This document shows positions 38,162 to 40,596 of a stretch of 40,596 nt of DNA, in pieces. The stretch is from an uncultured Syntrophobacter sp. Its GTDB lineage: Bacteria; Desulfobacterota; Desulfofervidia; Desulfofervidales; DG-60. A model generated the notes under the pieces. The model did no database searches, had not been told where the DNA came from, and saw nothing but the letters and a program-made list of their open reading frames with translations. Within the stretch, counting starts at the first letter, position 1, and every line of letters begins with the position of its first letter. Where the stretch lies: positions 1-40,596 of the forward strand of contig CAZNJP010000001.1 of assembly GCA_964573345.1 (NCBI GenBank), written 5' to 3'. Both the position numbers and the translations under genes were made by a program.

Positions 38162-38202
38162 CGCCCGCCCGGCTCGCCTTGCGGGCTCGCATGGCGGGCA
38201 GG
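38162..38202. repeat. GC-rich hairpin repeat, copy B (pal|cpoB spacer)
   Basis: cgcccgcccggctcgccttgcgggctcgcatggcgggcagg. The arm gcccgcc (38163-38169) pairs with ggcgggc (38193-38199). It shares catggcgggcagg with copies A and C. Confidence 0.7.
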
Positions 38203-38244
38203 TTGAGCCGCTTAACCCAGGTCCTAATCTCTATTAGTTTCTTT

Positions 38245-38811
38245 TTAATACCCTGTTAATACAAAGTGAGCCCTTCTGTTCTTTGCCCATGCCTCTTCAT
38301 TGTGGCGTGGGTCTATTGGCCTTTCTTCCCCATAACTAATGGTGGACATACAACTGACATCGACCCCCAGATTCAATAGAAATTGCTTGGTACTATTGGC
38401 CCTACGTTCGCCCAAGGCCAGATTATATTCTTCTGTACCCCGCTCATCGCAATGGCCTTCAACAAGCAGGTGAACATCAGGATGCGTCTTGAGCCACTCT
38501 GCCTTCCTTTGCAAAATTTCTGCAGCGTCAGGACGGATGTTGTATTTATCAAAATCAAAATGGATATCCTCCTCCTCAAATGTAGCGATTTCCCTTTTTA
38601 GTGCTCTTTCTCTTGCCAATTCTTCCTCTCTGATCTTTGCTGCCTCTACTGCTTCTGCAGTTAGTTCCTCAGGGACCTTTTCCTCCGGAACCGCTTTTTT
38701 TACCTCAGGAACTGGAGTTACTGCCTTAGGTTTTACTACCTCCTTTTTAGCGCAAGCAAAGGCAAAAATCATCATTAAAAAAATAATTCCTAAAATGCGA
38801 CCATACTTCAT
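38245..38811 (-). CDS. pal: Peptidoglycan-associated lipoprotein Pal
   Basis: Has a lipobox (FAFACAKK) and an OmpA-like C-terminal domain (IHFDFDKYNIRPD, LLVEGHCDERGTEEYNLALGERRA, SYGEERP). Confidence 0.9.
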   Translation of the reverse strand: MKYGRILGIIFLMMIFAFACAKKEVVKPKAVTPVPEVKKAVPEEKVPEELTAEAVEAAKIREEELARERALKREIATFEEEDIHFDFDKYNIRPDAAEILQRKAEWLKTHPDVHLLVEGHCDERGTEEYNLALGERRANSTKQFLLNLGVDVSCMSTISYGEERPIDPRHNEEAWAKNRRAHFVLTGY

Positions 38812-38829
38812 TTTTACCTCCTTTCCTCT

Positions 38830-40143
38830 TTATTTTTCAATCAACCTAGGCGACCAACACGGCTGCGTCTGTATATCCGAAATACTACCGATGGGAAAAG
38901 AATGACCATCAAATAATCGTAACACATAAATTTTTCCTTGCTGGCTAAAGGCCAAAAAGTTCCCATCAGGCGAAAAGCTTGGGCTTTCATGATTAACTTT
39001 ATCATAAGTAAGTTGCCTTAGATTATTTCCATTGGATTTTATCATAAATATCTGAAAATGTCCATCCATTATACCTGTGTAAGCAATATGATCTCCTTTG
39101 GGTGACCACACTGGAGATGCATTGTAACTTCCCTCAAAAGTAAGGCGATTTATACTACCTGCAGTCAAATCCAGGATATAGATTTGTGGACTGCCCCCAC
39201 GGTCTGAAACAAAGGCAATTTTTTTTTCATCCGGTGAAAAGCTAGCAGAGACATTAATTCCCCAATCCTCAACAAGACACTTCTTTATATGCCCCTTTTT
39301 ATCCACCAAATAAATACCCTGTCTTCCCTTTTTATTCAGAGTTACTGCAATATTTTCCCCATCAGGAGAAAAACTTGGTGCAATGTTAATCCCTGGATAA
39401 TGAATGAGCTTTTTTATCTTTCCACTCCTTAGGTCTAATAAATATACCTCAGGCCTCTTTCCTTTATAACTTGTAAAAAGCACTTTATCTCCTTTAGGAT
39501 GCCAGGTAGGGCTGAGGGAAATAGTATTTAGTTGAGTTAGAGGTTGAACATTATACCCATCAAAATCCATTAAATAAATTTCTTTGTTTCCTGATCTGCC
39601 ACAGACAAAGGCAATCTTGGTTTGAAAAATACTGGGTTCCCCGGTTAGGGTCTTCATTATCTCATCAGCGTATTTATGGACAATGTACCGGCACTGACCT
39701 TTCTGACCATAATATTTTTTTCCTACCAGGCGTCTACCCAATCTCACATCGTATAAGGATAGCTCTGCCTCTACAATACTATCATCTGTCTTTATGCTCC
39801 CTTTTACTAAAAGATGGGCACCAATGAGATACCACTTCTTAAAGTCTGTGTCTTCGGCAGTGGATTTTTCTAAAAATGTTTCAGGTGGCAATATCTCAAA
39901 AAGACCTGTAAACTCTAAGTCACTTTTCAATACAGAAAGCATCTTTTGAGCTATTTTATCAGCACCCTTGCCCTCCATCATAAATTCAGGAATGGCAATA
40001 GGTATCCTTTCTTGACCTAGCTTATTAATATCGATATAAACTCTACCATAGGTAAATGTAGAAAAAAACAGATATAAAAGGAGTAAGGAGTAAGGAGTAA
40101 GGGGTAAGGAGTGGTGAATGAAACTTTTTAGGCGCACTTTCAT
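38830..40143 (-). CDS. tolB: Tol-Pal system beta-propeller protein TolB
   Basis: Has the TolB N-terminal domain (IPIAIPEF) and repeated SPxWSPDG-type propeller blades (SPTWHPKGD, APSFSPDGE, SASFSPDEK, SPVWSPKGD, SPSFSPDGN). The start at 40143 forms an ATGA overlap with the tolA stop. Confidence 0.9.
   Translation of the reverse strand: MKVRLKSFIHHSLPLTPYSLLLLYLFFSTFTYGRVYIDINKLGQERIPIAIPEFMMEGKGADKIAQKMLSVLKSDLEFTGLFEILPPETFLEKSTAEDTDFKKWYLIGAHLLVKGSIKTDDSIVEAELSLYDVRLGRRLVGKKYYGQKGQCRYIVHKYADEIMKTLTGEPSIFQTKIAFVCGRSGNKEIYLMDFDGYNVQPLTQLNTISLSPTWHPKGDKVLFTSYKGKRPEVYLLDLRSGKIKKLIHYPGINIAPSFSPDGENIAVTLNKKGRQGIYLVDKKGHIKKCLVEDWGINVSASFSPDEKKIAFVSDRGGSPQIYILDLTAGSINRLTFEGSYNASPVWSPKGDHIAYTGIMDGHFQIFMIKSNGNNLRQLTYDKVNHESPSFSPDGNFLAFSQQGKIYVLRLFDGHSFPIGSISDIQTQPCWSPRLIEK
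40081..40115 (-). repeat. Heptanucleotide tandem repeat inside the tolB signal-peptide coding region
   Basis: The plus strand reads gagtaag x3 (40081-40101), then gggtaag, then gagtggt. On the coding strand this gives HHSLPLTPYSLLLL. Confidence 0.9.
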
Positions 40144-40596
40144 TTCTCTTTTTCCCATCTAAAACGTATACCTAACTCATGATACGAGAGCACATAGCCT
40201 TCGGGTAAGGGTGGTAAGGGGGTAGAGTGGCTAATGGCCTCCATTACTGAGTTGTCAAATAAAGGAATACCTGATTTCTTTTCAAAAAATTTATCGATAA
40301 TGTCTCCATTTTTTGTAATCTTGATAATTACTATTGCCTCTATTGCTTTACCTTTTAAAAGAAAAGTGGGTAAAATCCAGTTATTTTTTATCCTTTCCCA
40401 GATTTCCTGATAATAGATTTGGAACCTTAAACTTGGCCCATCAAATGCCTCACCTTGGTAAGCCCCGCCCGCCTCGCCTGAGCCCGCCCGGCATCGCGAG
40501 GCTTCAGCCGAGGCGGACAGGCGAGAGCGATGGCGGGCAGGCCCAACTGATACAGCGGATCCCTTTAATTTAGCCGCTATTCTTGCCACGGCCTTC
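40140..40596 (-). CDS. tolA: TolA-like protein (TonB/TolA C-terminal domain); 5' end lies outside the window
   Basis: The C-terminal domain shows YYQEIWERIKNNWILP, IVIIKITKNGDII and FDNSVMEAISHSTPLPPLPEG. It sits upstream of tolB-pal-cpoB. The frame stays open to the window edge, so the listed GTG at 40589 is internal. Confidence 0.6.
   Translation of the reverse strand, partial: KAVARIAAKLKGSAVSVGPARHRSRLSASAEASRCRAGSGEAGGAYQGEAFDGPSLRFQIYYQEIWERIKNNWILPTFLLKGKAIEAIVIIKITKNGDIIDKFFEKKSGIPLFDNSVMEAISHSTPLPPLPEGYVLSYHELGIRFRWEKEK
40465..40541. repeat. GC-rich nested-hairpin repeat, copy C, in frame inside the tolA-like ORF
   Basis: ccgcccgcctcgcctg (40465-40480) pairs with caggcgag (40518-40525) and ggcgggc (40532-40538). 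An inner hairpin is ccgcccggc...gccgaggcgg. The 15-mer gcgatggcgggcagg (40527-40541) is identical to that of copy A. Confidence 0.75.

Noticed and set aside
40334-40573. A plus-strand ORF across the GC-rich element in the tolA region
   Set aside because: It is open only because GC-rich sequence lacks stop codons. It is antisense to the TolA-like C-terminal domain, which has clear family features.

Overview
This is a 40.6-kb AT-rich chromosomal segment; spot counts put most of it in the high-30s % GC. The gene content suggests a diderm, probably anaerobic bacterium, and mostly core housekeeping rather than an obvious accessory island. From left to right the window holds: a 5'-truncated type I R-M methyltransferase (hsdM-like) coupled to an HD hydrolase and ddl; EEP nuclease/phosphatase, TatD and an M23 peptidase with tRNA-Leu(CAA); gyrA-dnaN-gyrB; tRNA-Phe(GAA) followed by a degraded locus; hisD and an orphan PilB/GspE ATPase; a GldA/F/G-type ABC system with a DUF4340 gene; rpoZ, a small helical protein and dnaJ; a large U32 Fe-S protein; a long minus-strand block HAD-lysR / apbE-usp-permease-rseC-usp-rnfBAEGDC; a DUF5320 / NifX-like pair; and cpoB-pal-tolB-tolA (tolA runs off the right edge). 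I saw no rRNA, CRISPR array, transposase, integrase, phage gene or recognisable multi-gene defence system. The unusual signals are mostly at the DNA level. (1) A GC-rich nested-hairpin repeat family has three copies, one lying in frame inside tolA. (2) Two AT-rich palindromic element families fill intercistronic spacers, including rnfA|rnfB. (3) There are four apparent gene remnants (moaC, GGDEF, HD-GYP-like, DUF89). (4) There are three perfect short tandem duplications (28 bp, 18 bp, 7 bp x3-5), and the 28-bp one is needed to keep an ORF open. (5) A DUF5320 protein sits next to a NifX-like protein that carries a DUF5320-like tail, directly upstream of the rnf operon. All protein calls come from motif recognition in the supplied translations. 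No database search, HMM, RNA folding or compositional computation was run.
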